64,000 nucleotides of DNA, taken from positions 8,785-72,784 of the IMG/VR virus record IMGVR_UViG_3300042446_002028; one strand, written 5' to 3'. A program made the position numbers and the translations under genes. The notes under the pieces are model-generated. The model was given only the letters and a program-made list of their open reading frames with translations. It was not told the origin of the DNA and did no database searches. The stretch is from a virus. Position 1 is the stretch's first letter, and each line of letters starts with the position of its first letter. Of this stretch, positions 54,162 to 63,054 are shown piece by piece.

Positions 54162-56165
54162 TTTAAGAATTAGTTTATCTTCTTTGAATATTATTTTGTA
54201 ATTTTTATTCTCTTTAATGGTGCCTTTTAATATTTCATCACTAAGGAAATCTTCACATAGTGATTGAATTATTCTTTTGATTGGTCTAGCACCATATTCT
54301 TGTTGTTTATTTCTGTTGAAAATTTCATCAATAACAGTTGAATCAAATTTAATTGAATAACTTTTCTCAATTAATCTTTTTGTCAACTTTTCCATTTCTA
54401 ATGTAATAATTGATTTAAGTGCTGTTTCATCTAACGGATTAAATAAAACAATATCATCAATTCTATTTAGGAATTCTGGGTTAAATTGTTGTTTCAATGA
54501 TTTTTGAATCATAGTTCTTTTAACCTCATATGATTGTTGTTCGCTAGATGCTGTAGAGAATCCAATTCCTGCACCAAATTCGGAAACTCTTTTAGCCCCA
54601 ATATTTGAGGTCATAATAATCAACGTGTTGGTAAAATTTATTTTTCTACCAAAAGAATCTGTAACGTGTCCTTCATCCAATATTTGAAGTAAAATGTTAA
54701 ACACATCTTTGTGTGCTTTTTCAATTTCATCAAATAGAATCACCGAGAATGGATTGTTTTTAACCTTTTCAGTTAATTGCCCACCCTCATCATAACCAAC
54801 ATATCCTGGAGGCGCACCAACTAATCTTGATACTGTGTGTTTTTCCATAAACTCACTCATATCAATTCTAATAACATTGTCCGCTGAACCAAATATTAAT
54901 TCAGCCAAAGTTTTGGCTAGATATGTTTTACCCACACCAGTTGATCCCATAAAAATGAATGAACCAATAGGTTTTTGTGTTTCTTTAATCCCAACACGAT
55001 TTCTTCTAATGGCTTTGGATATACTAGCTAGAGCTTCTGATTGACCAATAACTTTTTCACCTAATCTTTTTTCAAGGTTAATTAAATTTTCAGTTTCTTT
55101 GCGGTCTAATCTAGTAATTGGAACACCGGCCATTGATGTGATCATTTCATAAACATCATCAATACTAATCGGTATTTTATTATTTTTTTCGTTGTCTGCC
55201 CATATTGCTTTTTCGCTATTTAAACGATTAATAACTTTTCTTTCTTCATCTCTTAGTTTTGCGGCTTGCTCATAATTTTGAGTACGAACAACTTCGAGTT
55301 TTTTTTCTTTAATAACTTCGGCATCCTTTTTTAATTTCTCAATAATTTCTGGAACCTCAATTACTACTCTTTTTTCCGAACCTAATTCATCTAGAACGTC
55401 AATTGCTTTGTCTGGGAATTGTCTATCTGTCATATAACGACCAGCAAGTTTGACCGCAATTTCAATCACACCTTCACCATAAGAAACTCTGTGATAGTCC
55501 TCATATGATTGCTTTAGATTTTTTAAAATCTCTATTGTTTCCGTTTCTGTTGGTTCTTTTAATATGATTTTCTGGAATCTTCTAACCAAAGCACCATCCT
55601 TTTCAATGTGTTTTTTAAACTCATCAAAAGTTGTGGCACCAATACATTGAATTTCACCTCTAGCTAATGCTGGCTTTAAGATATTTGCAGCATCCATTGC
55701 TCCAGAAGCGTTACCAGCACCAACCATTGTATGTAATTCATCTATGAAAAGAATTACGTTGGGGTTTTCGGCTAATTCGTGTATAATAGCTTTAATCCTT
55801 TCTTCAAATTGACCTCGATATTTTGTACCAGCAACTAATGAAGTTAAATCTAAGGAAACCAGTCGTTTATCCAATAAATTGGTTGGACAATTACCTTTAA
55901 CAATCATTAACGCTAATTTCTCAACAAGTGCAGATTTTCCAACACCCGCATCACCAACAATGACCGCGTTGTTTTTTTTCTTTCTCGAAAGAATTTGTGC
56001 AATTCTTTTTACTTCCTTGTCTCTACCAACGACCGGATCTATTTTATTATCCTCGGCTAGTTTGTTTAGATCCCTTGAAAAATTATCAAGAATTGGCGTT
56101 GTGGAGGAACTTTTTCTGTTCCTAGGGTTGGTTTTTGGACCGTCTTCAAAAAAATCTACTGACAT
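54135..56165 (-). CDS. ClpC/ClpA-like double-AAA+ unfoldase with a ClpP-docking IGF loop
   Basis: Walker A motifs GDAGVGKSAL (D1) and GSTGVGKTYLAKTLAE (D2), Walker B FIDELH and ILFDEIEKAH, and an IGF tripeptide (FGAGIGFSTA). At 676 aa it has no long N-domain or M-domain. Confidence 0.8.
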   Translation of the reverse strand: MSVDFFEDGPKTNPRNRKSSSTTPILDNFSRDLNKLAEDNKIDPVVGRDKEVKRIAQILSRKKKNNAVIVGDAGVGKSALVEKLALMIVKGNCPTNLLDKRLVSLDLTSLVAGTKYRGQFEERIKAIIHELAENPNVILFIDELHTMVGAGNASGAMDAANILKPALARGEIQCIGATTFDEFKKHIEKDGALVRRFQKIILKEPTETETIEILKNLKQSYEDYHRVSYGEGVIEIAVKLAGRYMTDRQFPDKAIDVLDELGSEKRVVIEVPEIIEKLKKDAEVIKEKKLEVVRTQNYEQAAKLRDEERKVINRLNSEKAIWADNEKNNKIPISIDDVYEMITSMAGVPITRLDRKETENLINLEKRLGEKVIGQSEALASISKAIRRNRVGIKETQKPIGSFIFMGSTGVGKTYLAKTLAELIFGSADNVIRIDMSEFMEKHTVSRLVGAPPGYVGYDEGGQLTEKVKNNPFSVILFDEIEKAHKDVFNILLQILDEGHVTDSFGRKINFTNTLIIMTSNIGAKRVSEFGAGIGFSTASSEQQSYEVKRTMIQKSLKQQFNPEFLNRIDDIVLFNPLDETALKSIITLEMEKLTKRLIEKSYSIKFDSTVIDEIFNRNKQQEYGARPIKRIIQSLCEDFLSDEILKGTIKENKNYKIIFKEDKLILKLVVGKVSE

Positions 56166-56322
56166 ATGCTAATTGTTCTTTTAACAAACATAACATATTT
56201 CATCGTAAAAAAAAAATAAACGTCAAAATGTCTAAAAAAATGTCTAACCAAGAAGGGACTATTTTCCTAGATTAGGATTTTGTTTTATGGATTTTTATAT
56301 TTAAATTATAGGAAAAAACATT

Positions 56323-56568
56323 ATGGCTATAATTTCAGAAAGAATTGAAGGTAAAATCATCACTGTTGACATTAATTCAACAAATATAAAATCCGCAAGT
56401 TATGATACCGAAAGTCAGGTATTAATAGTTAATTTTAATAATGGAGGTATTTATGAATACCAAAGCGTTCCTTGGGAATTGTTTGCGAAATTTCGTATGT
56501 CAGATTCTCAGGGGAAGTATCTTAACCAGCATGTTAAGGGGAAATATTCACATACTAAAATTAAATGA
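56323..56568 (+). CDS. KTSC-domain protein
   Basis: SSNIKSASYDTESQVLIVNFNNGGIYEYQSVPWELF matches the KTSC pattern (...YD....L.V.F.nG..Y.Y..VP...). Confidence 0.5.
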   Translation: MAIISERIEGKIITVDINSTNIKSASYDTESQVLIVNFNNGGIYEYQSVPWELFAKFRMSDSQGKYLNQHVKGKYSHTKIK

Positions 56569-57362
56569 GAAAGAAAACATTAATTGAAGAACTGATTGAG
56601 GTTTCAGACCCAGAACTTGATGATAAGATTGTAAAATCGTTTCATAAGAAAACTGAACTATCTTCAGATATTTTTGAGAAAAATGATTATGGTTATACCA
56701 TGAATAAAGGTGTTAGAGAAAAACTAATGTTAATTTCTGATGCCTTTTTAGATTTTGTGAAGATTAATTTTTTTGTTCATGACGTTGTTTTGACCGGCTC
56801 GTTGGCAAATTATAACTGGTCAGAGTTTTCTGACATTGATTTACACATTGTAGTTGATTTCGATGAATTGGGTAAAGATGCTGAAAAAACATCTGATTCA
56901 TTAAAAGATATTGTAAAAGAATTTTTTGACGCTAAAGAAAGGGTTTGGAACAACAGACACGATATTAAAATTAAAGGTTACGATGTTGAAATCTATGTTC
57001 AAGAAATTAATCAGGAGCACGTATCCTCTGGGGTATATTCTATATTAAATAATAAATGGATTGTCGAACCAGAATATGGGAAAGAATCTATTGATGAAGA
57101 TAAAATACTAAAAAAAGCAGAATATTTTGTAAGTACCATCGATAAACTAGTCGAAAATGCAAATAATGGCGAAGACGTTGAAAGCCAAGTTGAGAAGTTA
57201 AGATTAAAATTGAAACGTTTTAGACAAAGTGGCTTAGATGATGGTGGTGAGTACTCATACGAGAACCTTACTTTCAAATTATTAAGAAGAAATGGGTACA
57301 TTGAAAAACTATTGGGACTTAAAAAGAAACTTATAGATAAGAAATTATCTGTGGAGTATTAA
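56565..57362 (+). CDS. Pol-beta-fold nucleotidyltransferase-like protein
   Basis: VVLTGSLANYNWSEFSDIDLHIV gives G-S-x9-SD-x-D, the minimal nucleotidyltransferase motif. 265 aa with a helical C-terminus. Confidence 0.45.
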   Translation: MRKKTLIEELIEVSDPELDDKIVKSFHKKTELSSDIFEKNDYGYTMNKGVREKLMLISDAFLDFVKINFFVHDVVLTGSLANYNWSEFSDIDLHIVVDFDELGKDAEKTSDSLKDIVKEFFDAKERVWNNRHDIKIKGYDVEIYVQEINQEHVSSGVYSILNNKWIVEPEYGKESIDEDKILKKAEYFVSTIDKLVENANNGEDVESQVEKLRLKLKRFRQSGLDDGGEYSYENLTFKLLRRNGYIEKLLGLKKKLIDKKLSVEY

Positions 57363-57432
57363 TAACCTCAATTTTTTTCCATTTCTTTTGTATTTATAGG
57401 ATAAGAATAAGATTATATATAATTTATAAAAA

Positions 57433-58758
57433 ATGGGAGATATAAAACCTCTAGGTAGCGAAAAGTTGCAAGGTTCTGACAAAATGAAAAGAATTCTTGA
57501 ACTTACATATTACCACGAAAACAAGAATAACCCCAAGTCAACCACTAAATCGGAACTTGTTAAGGAAAGCACTAATGGTGTTTACGGTATCATCAAAGAA
57601 AGAGATGGTTACTACGTAAAGAAAGGTCTAACTGAATCTACCCTTGATTATATTGGTGGTATGTTCATGAAGAATAAAAATAGATTTAATTCATATGCTG
57701 AAGCATTGAAAAGATTGGAATTATTAAGTTCACAAGAGATTCAAGAAGAAGCAACAAAATATGTATTAAAACAAAATACACAAAAAACTGAGGCACCTAA
57801 ACCAGCTCCAACATTCCCAGAACCAGCATCATCTGCACCGGCTCCAGCACCTGCTCCTGCACCATCTGCTGCGCCAGAAGATATGGGTGGGGCGCCAGAG
57901 GACATGGGTGGAATGCCAGAAGATATGGACGCAGCGCCAGAAGATATGGGTGGTGAAGAACCAACAGATACACCAGAAGGTGGTGACGGCGGTCCTGAAC
58001 ACATGAAAGAAGTACAGAGATTAAGTGGTAAACTTGGACAAGCAATTAGAGAAATCGAAGATGAAATGGAGAGTGATGACGTAAAATACGTTATTAATAT
58101 GATTTTGTCTGCTGTTGATATTGAAAAATTATCTGAAGAAGATAAAGAAGCAATAATTGATAGATTTGAGCCAGAAGAAAGTTTTGATGATGCTTATACC
58201 CCAGAAGAACCAGAAAGTGGGGAAGATGCTGGTGCGGAACCAAGCGCTGAAGATGAACCAACTGATGAATTAGCTGAAACAATGAAAAAATTGGAAGAGT
58301 TAATTAACACTAAGATTGGTGGTAAAAAAACACCAGAAAAAGCTATAGAAAGTGAAATTGATGAGATGTTTTTCTTTGACGACGAAGAATCATCAAATGA
58401 AATGCCAGGTGAAGAATCTTCAAGATCTGGTTTCCACGCGTCAAAACAAGTTGAAAGACCATCTAGATTAGCTAAAAGCATGAAAACTGGTATTGGTTGG
58501 TTAGATGACAAAGCAAAACATTATAAAGAAGATGATTTCAATTCGGATGATTATGATGAAGAAGATTTTGATGATTATGAAAGTTTTTCAGCAAAGCATG
58601 GCGACACATCATTAGATATACGTGATAAAAAATATTTTAATCACTATAAACCAATGAAAATTAAAACATTGAGAAAATATGATCAAACAGATATTACACC
58701 AGAATTAGGTGACATAAATGAAGCGATCAACACGACATTAAGCAAATACTTTGAATAA
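57433..58758 (+). CDS. Highly acidic repeat protein (possible prohead scaffold/core or internal protein)
   Basis: PAPAPAPAPAPS followed by four APEDMGG repeats, then long D/E-rich tracts. It is the first gene of the co-directional block leading to terminase. Confidence 0.45.
   Translation: MGDIKPLGSEKLQGSDKMKRILELTYYHENKNNPKSTTKSELVKESTNGVYGIIKERDGYYVKKGLTESTLDYIGGMFMKNKNRFNSYAEALKRLELLSSQEIQEEATKYVLKQNTQKTEAPKPAPTFPEPASSAPAPAPAPAPSAAPEDMGGAPEDMGGMPEDMDAAPEDMGGEEPTDTPEGGDGGPEHMKEVQRLSGKLGQAIREIEDEMESDDVKYVINMILSAVDIEKLSEEDKEAIIDRFEPEESFDDAYTPEEPESGEDAGAEPSAEDEPTDELAETMKKLEELINTKIGGKKTPEKAIESEIDEMFFFDDEESSNEMPGEESSRSGFHASKQVERPSRLAKSMKTGIGWLDDKAKHYKEDDFNSDDYDEEDFDDYESFSAKHGDTSLDIRDKKYFNHYKPMKIKTLRKYDQTDITPELGDINEAINTTLSKYFE
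57835..57960 (+). repeat. Four imperfect tandem repeats of about 24 bp (gcgccagaagatatgggtgg) encoding APEDMGG
   Basis: The repeats are readable directly in the sequence. Confidence 0.7.
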
Positions 58759-58761
58759 ACG

Positions 58762-59163
58762 ATGTATCTACTCTATATTAATGAACTAGGTCAAGATTAC
58801 AAAGGGCAAAGACAATATGAATTTATCTTTGGCGAAGACCCAAGTGTGTTAGTTGAAGAGTGGTTCATAATTCCATCAGCAGGTAGAGCAATACCTCCAG
58901 AAGTAGAATCAATCGATTTGGTTGGTTTATTAAAAAATTCAGATTTAAAACTAGATTTAGTTCAAAATTCTGATTACTTTGGAGTGATTGACGCGGTTGA
59001 TGGAATTATTGCTTTAGGATGGGAATCATTTGATTTTGAATCGGAAGAAAGACCTGTTAGGGTTTCTTTTCATTTTGGTGAACAAATTGATTCTGTAACT
59101 AATAAGCTAGCGTCAAAGGGTTTAAGGTTGATAAACGAAGAAATAAAATACAAATTAAAGTAA
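58762..59163 (+). CDS. Hypothetical protein
   Basis: A 133 aa ORF. Confidence 0.45.
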   Translation: MYLLYINELGQDYKGQRQYEFIFGEDPSVLVEEWFIIPSAGRAIPPEVESIDLVGLLKNSDLKLDLVQNSDYFGVIDAVDGIIALGWESFDFESEERPVRVSFHFGEQIDSVTNKLASKGLRLINEEIKYKLK

Positions 59164-59164
59164 A

Positions 59165-59860
59165 ATGAATAGAAAAGATTTAGTTGAAAAACTTATTAAC
59201 GAAGGATTTAGTGAGAAAACATTAGTTAGTTTTAGTGACAAGAAACTTAAAATGTTATCAGAAAAATTAACAGTTAGCGCTGAAAAATTAAAAGACCCAA
59301 AAATTAAATCTGTTATTGATGCTAATCCAGCTATGGATATTGAAGTTAACGAAACTGCTCCATGGTCATATTATTTTGCAGCTGTTAAAAGATTACAAAA
59401 AGAATTAGGTAAAGAGCCAACTAAAAGCCAGATTGATGCTGAAATGAAAAAATTAGCAAAACCAGTGGCAAAAAAAGACGATAAAAAATCTGAAATGAAT
59501 GAGTGGGTTAATTCTTTAGTTGAAAATGGATATCATCCTTTAACAACTAAAGGTGATATGATAGAAACAATAACTAAAAAAATTAACGAATCAGGTAATG
59601 CACCTGCAACAAAGCCAGCGCCAAGAGAAGCACCGGTAAAGGACCCTGGAACAAAAGAACCACCTAAAAGAAGAGATGATCCTAGAAGAACACCTTTTAG
59701 AAATCCAAATGAAAATCCTAAGGTGAATCCAAATCCAAAAGCAGAAACTGGTAAAGTTGTTCCAATGCCTAACAAAGCAAAAAAGGGACACAATGGAATA
59801 CCAGAATTTATGACTTATGACGCAATAACTGGAAACAAATTTAAAATGGCTGCGGAGTAA
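59165..59860 (+). CDS. Lys/Pro-rich basic protein (disordered C-terminal half)
   Basis: A 231 aa ORF with KPAPREAPVKDPGTKEPPKRRDDPRRTPFRNPNENPKVNPNPK. Confidence 0.45.
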   Translation: MNRKDLVEKLINEGFSEKTLVSFSDKKLKMLSEKLTVSAEKLKDPKIKSVIDANPAMDIEVNETAPWSYYFAAVKRLQKELGKEPTKSQIDAEMKKLAKPVAKKDDKKSEMNEWVNSLVENGYHPLTTKGDMIETITKKINESGNAPATKPAPREAPVKDPGTKEPPKRRDDPRRTPFRNPNENPKVNPNPKAETGKVVPMPNKAKKGHNGIPEFMTYDAITGNKFKMAAE

Positions 59861-59868
59861 TTAAACAT

Positions 59869-61182
59869 ATGAAACTAACTAAAAAATCATTACTATTGGC
59901 ATTAAAAGAAAATCTTACTGAAATGCCAATGACATTTGACACAGACGATAGACCGGCCGACGACGTTACTCGTGACCTAGCTAATCGTGAAACAAATCTT
60001 AAGAAAGTCCCTTTACCTAAAGATGTTGAAGCACCAAACTCGAATTTTGAGGAGATGTTAGCATCTGCTAGATATAAACAAATAGTCGCAAATCTTAGTA
60101 GATATGCGGGGATTAATGCTGGAACGGGTGAACGTAATCTTCATCGAATTATGGGTTTGATGACACAAACTCAAGCGCAAATAGCACAAATTGAGAGTAC
60201 ACATAAACCAGAATTAGAAAGATTGGCGGTAGAACTAGCAATGGGTCAATTAGGCGTTATTGAAGGTGATATTGAATATGACGCTAAAATAACATCTGGA
60301 ATGAGTGGTGTTGACCCTGAGGGTTTTAAAAAGACACCAAGCAATGAACCAAACATTGAAGAAGTTGAAATTGAAACTGAATTATTTGATGAATTATCAC
60401 ATTTAAATTTAGAAAGAGCGAAAAGAAGATTAATCAACGCAATGATGCAAGGTGCTTCTGAAAGAGGTCATTACATGTATCATTTGGTTGAGGAAAGAAT
60501 TAGAGAAATAACTGGATCAGACCGTTTATTATCGTTATACGGGATTGTTATGTCAACTGCTGACACAATGTATTGGCAGATGTCAAATAATACCTTACAA
60601 ATGCTTACAGGCGGTAGTGATGGTGAACCACAAGCGGGTGGTAAAGAATCTGTTGATTTAAATTCAAACCCACCAAAGGTTACCGCTAGAGCAATAAATT
60701 TTCCAATATTAGTTCACGAATTGGTGAAAGGTACAATGGAAGTTGTTGCAGGTCTTTATGGTCAACCTGAAGATGCAGATGCTGCTGAAAAGGTACGTGA
60801 TTTAGAAGACACTGTGGATAAAGAAATTTGGGATTTAAGATTAGGACCAGCAATATGGGACATTATGCGTTCGCAATTCCCTGAAGATGTTTTAACAGAT
60901 GAAGATAAAGTTGGGTTACAATTAGTTTTATTTCAACATATTGTTAAAAAACCAGCTAGAGAATTTTTAATTTTTATGAAAGAGGTTATTTCTGGAAGTG
61001 AAAATGGTAAAAGGTTAATGAGTCAATTAATGGATGGTATTAATCAAATGGTTAATGACTACGATTACGAAGAAGCTATGTCCGCTTTTGACGAGGATTT
61101 AAGTGACACATCTGAAGGTATAGATGATGACGATTTAGATGACTGGTTAGGGTCCATAGGGATCACTAGAAGTGATGACTAA
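59869..61182 (+). CDS. Hypothetical protein (437 aa) immediately upstream of terminase
   Basis: No recognisable motif and an acidic C-terminus. It occupies the position where a neck or small-terminase gene would be expected in T4-like order. Confidence 0.45.
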   Translation: MKLTKKSLLLALKENLTEMPMTFDTDDRPADDVTRDLANRETNLKKVPLPKDVEAPNSNFEEMLASARYKQIVANLSRYAGINAGTGERNLHRIMGLMTQTQAQIAQIESTHKPELERLAVELAMGQLGVIEGDIEYDAKITSGMSGVDPEGFKKTPSNEPNIEEVEIETELFDELSHLNLERAKRRLINAMMQGASERGHYMYHLVEERIREITGSDRLLSLYGIVMSTADTMYWQMSNNTLQMLTGGSDGEPQAGGKESVDLNSNPPKVTARAINFPILVHELVKGTMEVVAGLYGQPEDADAAEKVRDLEDTVDKEIWDLRLGPAIWDIMRSQFPEDVLTDEDKVGLQLVLFQHIVKKPAREFLIFMKEVISGSENGKRLMSQLMDGINQMVNDYDYEEAMSAFDEDLSDTSEGIDDDDLDDWLGSIGITRSDD

Positions 61183-61192
61183 AAATAATAAA

Positions 61193-61216
61193 AAGGTGGT
61201 TATCCACCTTTTTTTG
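61193..61216 (+). terminator. Rho-independent terminator between the 437-aa gene and terminase
   Basis: Hairpin AGGTGG-ttat-CCACCT followed by T7. Confidence 0.55.
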
Positions 61217-61227
61217 TATTTATACAT

Positions 61228-63006
61228 ATGAATAATAAATTAGAACAATTAAAAGAATATGCTAAAATTATTAAAGATGCTCCGTATGCTTTAAAAACAT
61301 ACTTAACAACTTATGATAATACGCAAAAGAAATATGTTCCTCTAGAATTATTTCCTGACCAAATTCAATTAATACAGGATTACGAAACATACAACGAAAA
61401 CATTACAAGAAAGTATAGACAGGCGGGTGTTACAACAGTAACCGCTGCGTGGATTTCAAAAAAATTACAGACAGCAAAAGAAAGTGAACCTGAAAGAGTT
61501 CTTCTTATTGCGAACAAAAGAGACACCGCGGTAGAAATGGCTAATAAAGTTAGACACTTTATTGAGCAATGGCCGGATTGGATAAATGTGGGATTTTCAC
61601 CCGATAAGAACTCAGAAAGTAGATTTAGATTAAACAATGGTTGTGAGGTTAAGGCGGTAGCTACATCTGCGGATGCGTTACGTGGATATACCCCAACCAT
61701 ACTTGTATTTGATGAGGCAGCATATATTGAAGCAGGTGACGATTTTTGGGCGGCATCTATGGCGTCCCTATCAACAGGTGGTAAGATTATTCTTATCTCC
61801 ACACCAAATGGTTATGACCCCATCTATTATGGTGTTTATGACCAAGCATTACGTGGAATTAATGATTTCCATATAACGGATTTAAGATGGTTTAAAGACC
61901 CGCGTTACACTAGAGACCTATGTTGGGTAAAATGTCCTGATATATGCCATTACATGTTAAATAGGGAGCAATATAACGACGATGAAGTTGTTTTACATGA
62001 CTTTGATATTGAAAAATATCAAGAACTCGTTGAACAAGGATATAAACCATTTTCATCTTGGTTTGAATCTATGTCTAAGAAATTTAAATATGATAGACGT
62101 AAGATTGCGCAGGAATTAGAATGTGACTTCTTAGGTTCAGGAGATGGTGTTATTTCGGGAGATGTTCAAGAGAATATTGCAAAAAATATGATTAAAGTAC
62201 CTAAAGAAAAATACATGCAAGGTACTTTTTGGATATGGAATGAACCAGTACAAGGTCATAGATATATTATGGGCGTGGACGTTAGTAGAGGTGATAGTGA
62301 TGACTATTCAGCTATTAGCATTATTGACTTTGATGAAAGGGAACAAGTTGCTGAATATGTTGGTAAAATGCCACCAGATGATTTAGCGGCAGTTGCATAT
62401 AAATGGGGTATATTATACGAAGCGTTTATAGTTGTCGATATTACTGGTGGTATGGGCGTGGCTACATCAAGAAAATTACAGGAATTAAATTATAAGAGTT
62501 TATTCATTGACGGAGTTAACACAATGAATCCATGGGAATATAATAAAAAAGCCATGGAAAAAATACCGGGAATAAACTTCAATAATAAAAGAACCCAGAT
62601 TGTAGCCGCATTTGAGGAGCAATTAAGGAAAGGTTTTGCTATCAGGTCAAATAGATTATTAAACGAATTAAACACCTTTGTGTATATTAATGGTAGACCA
62701 GACCACATGAAGGGCGCTCACGATGATGCTATTATGAGCATGAGTATCGCATTATATGCTGGGGATATATGTTTCACACAACTTAAACGAAATGAACAGC
62801 AATCAAAAGCTATGGTTGATTCTTGGATGATTGCGGAAAGAACATATGAAACTGGTAAGAATTTTTATTCATATGGAACATCCCTAGATGCAATCGGTTC
62901 AATGCAAATGGATGGTTCACAATATAATAATACACAATCACAACCTGCAAAACAACAATACCAAGAATATGGCTGGTTATTTGGGGCTAATAAAAAGCAT
63001 TTATAA
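61228..63006 (+). CDS. Terminase large subunit (T4 gp17-like)
   Basis: Deviant Walker A YRQAGVTTV (compare T4 SRQLGKT), Walker B ILVFDEAAYIE, and nuclease-domain acidic cluster MGVDVSRGDSDDYSAISIIDF. 592 aa. Confidence 0.85.
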   Translation: MNNKLEQLKEYAKIIKDAPYALKTYLTTYDNTQKKYVPLELFPDQIQLIQDYETYNENITRKYRQAGVTTVTAAWISKKLQTAKESEPERVLLIANKRDTAVEMANKVRHFIEQWPDWINVGFSPDKNSESRFRLNNGCEVKAVATSADALRGYTPTILVFDEAAYIEAGDDFWAASMASLSTGGKIILISTPNGYDPIYYGVYDQALRGINDFHITDLRWFKDPRYTRDLCWVKCPDICHYMLNREQYNDDEVVLHDFDIEKYQELVEQGYKPFSSWFESMSKKFKYDRRKIAQELECDFLGSGDGVISGDVQENIAKNMIKVPKEKYMQGTFWIWNEPVQGHRYIMGVDVSRGDSDDYSAISIIDFDEREQVAEYVGKMPPDDLAAVAYKWGILYEAFIVVDITGGMGVATSRKLQELNYKSLFIDGVNTMNPWEYNKKAMEKIPGINFNNKRTQIVAAFEEQLRKGFAIRSNRLLNELNTFVYINGRPDHMKGAHDDAIMSMSIALYAGDICFTQLKRNEQQSKAMVDSWMIAERTYETGKNFYSYGTSLDAIGSMQMDGSQYNNTQSQPAKQQYQEYGWLFGANKKHL

Positions 63007-63054
63007 TCTGTCGGTTTTTGTGTACATTAAGAAAGAAAAAGTATTTATATAGAT

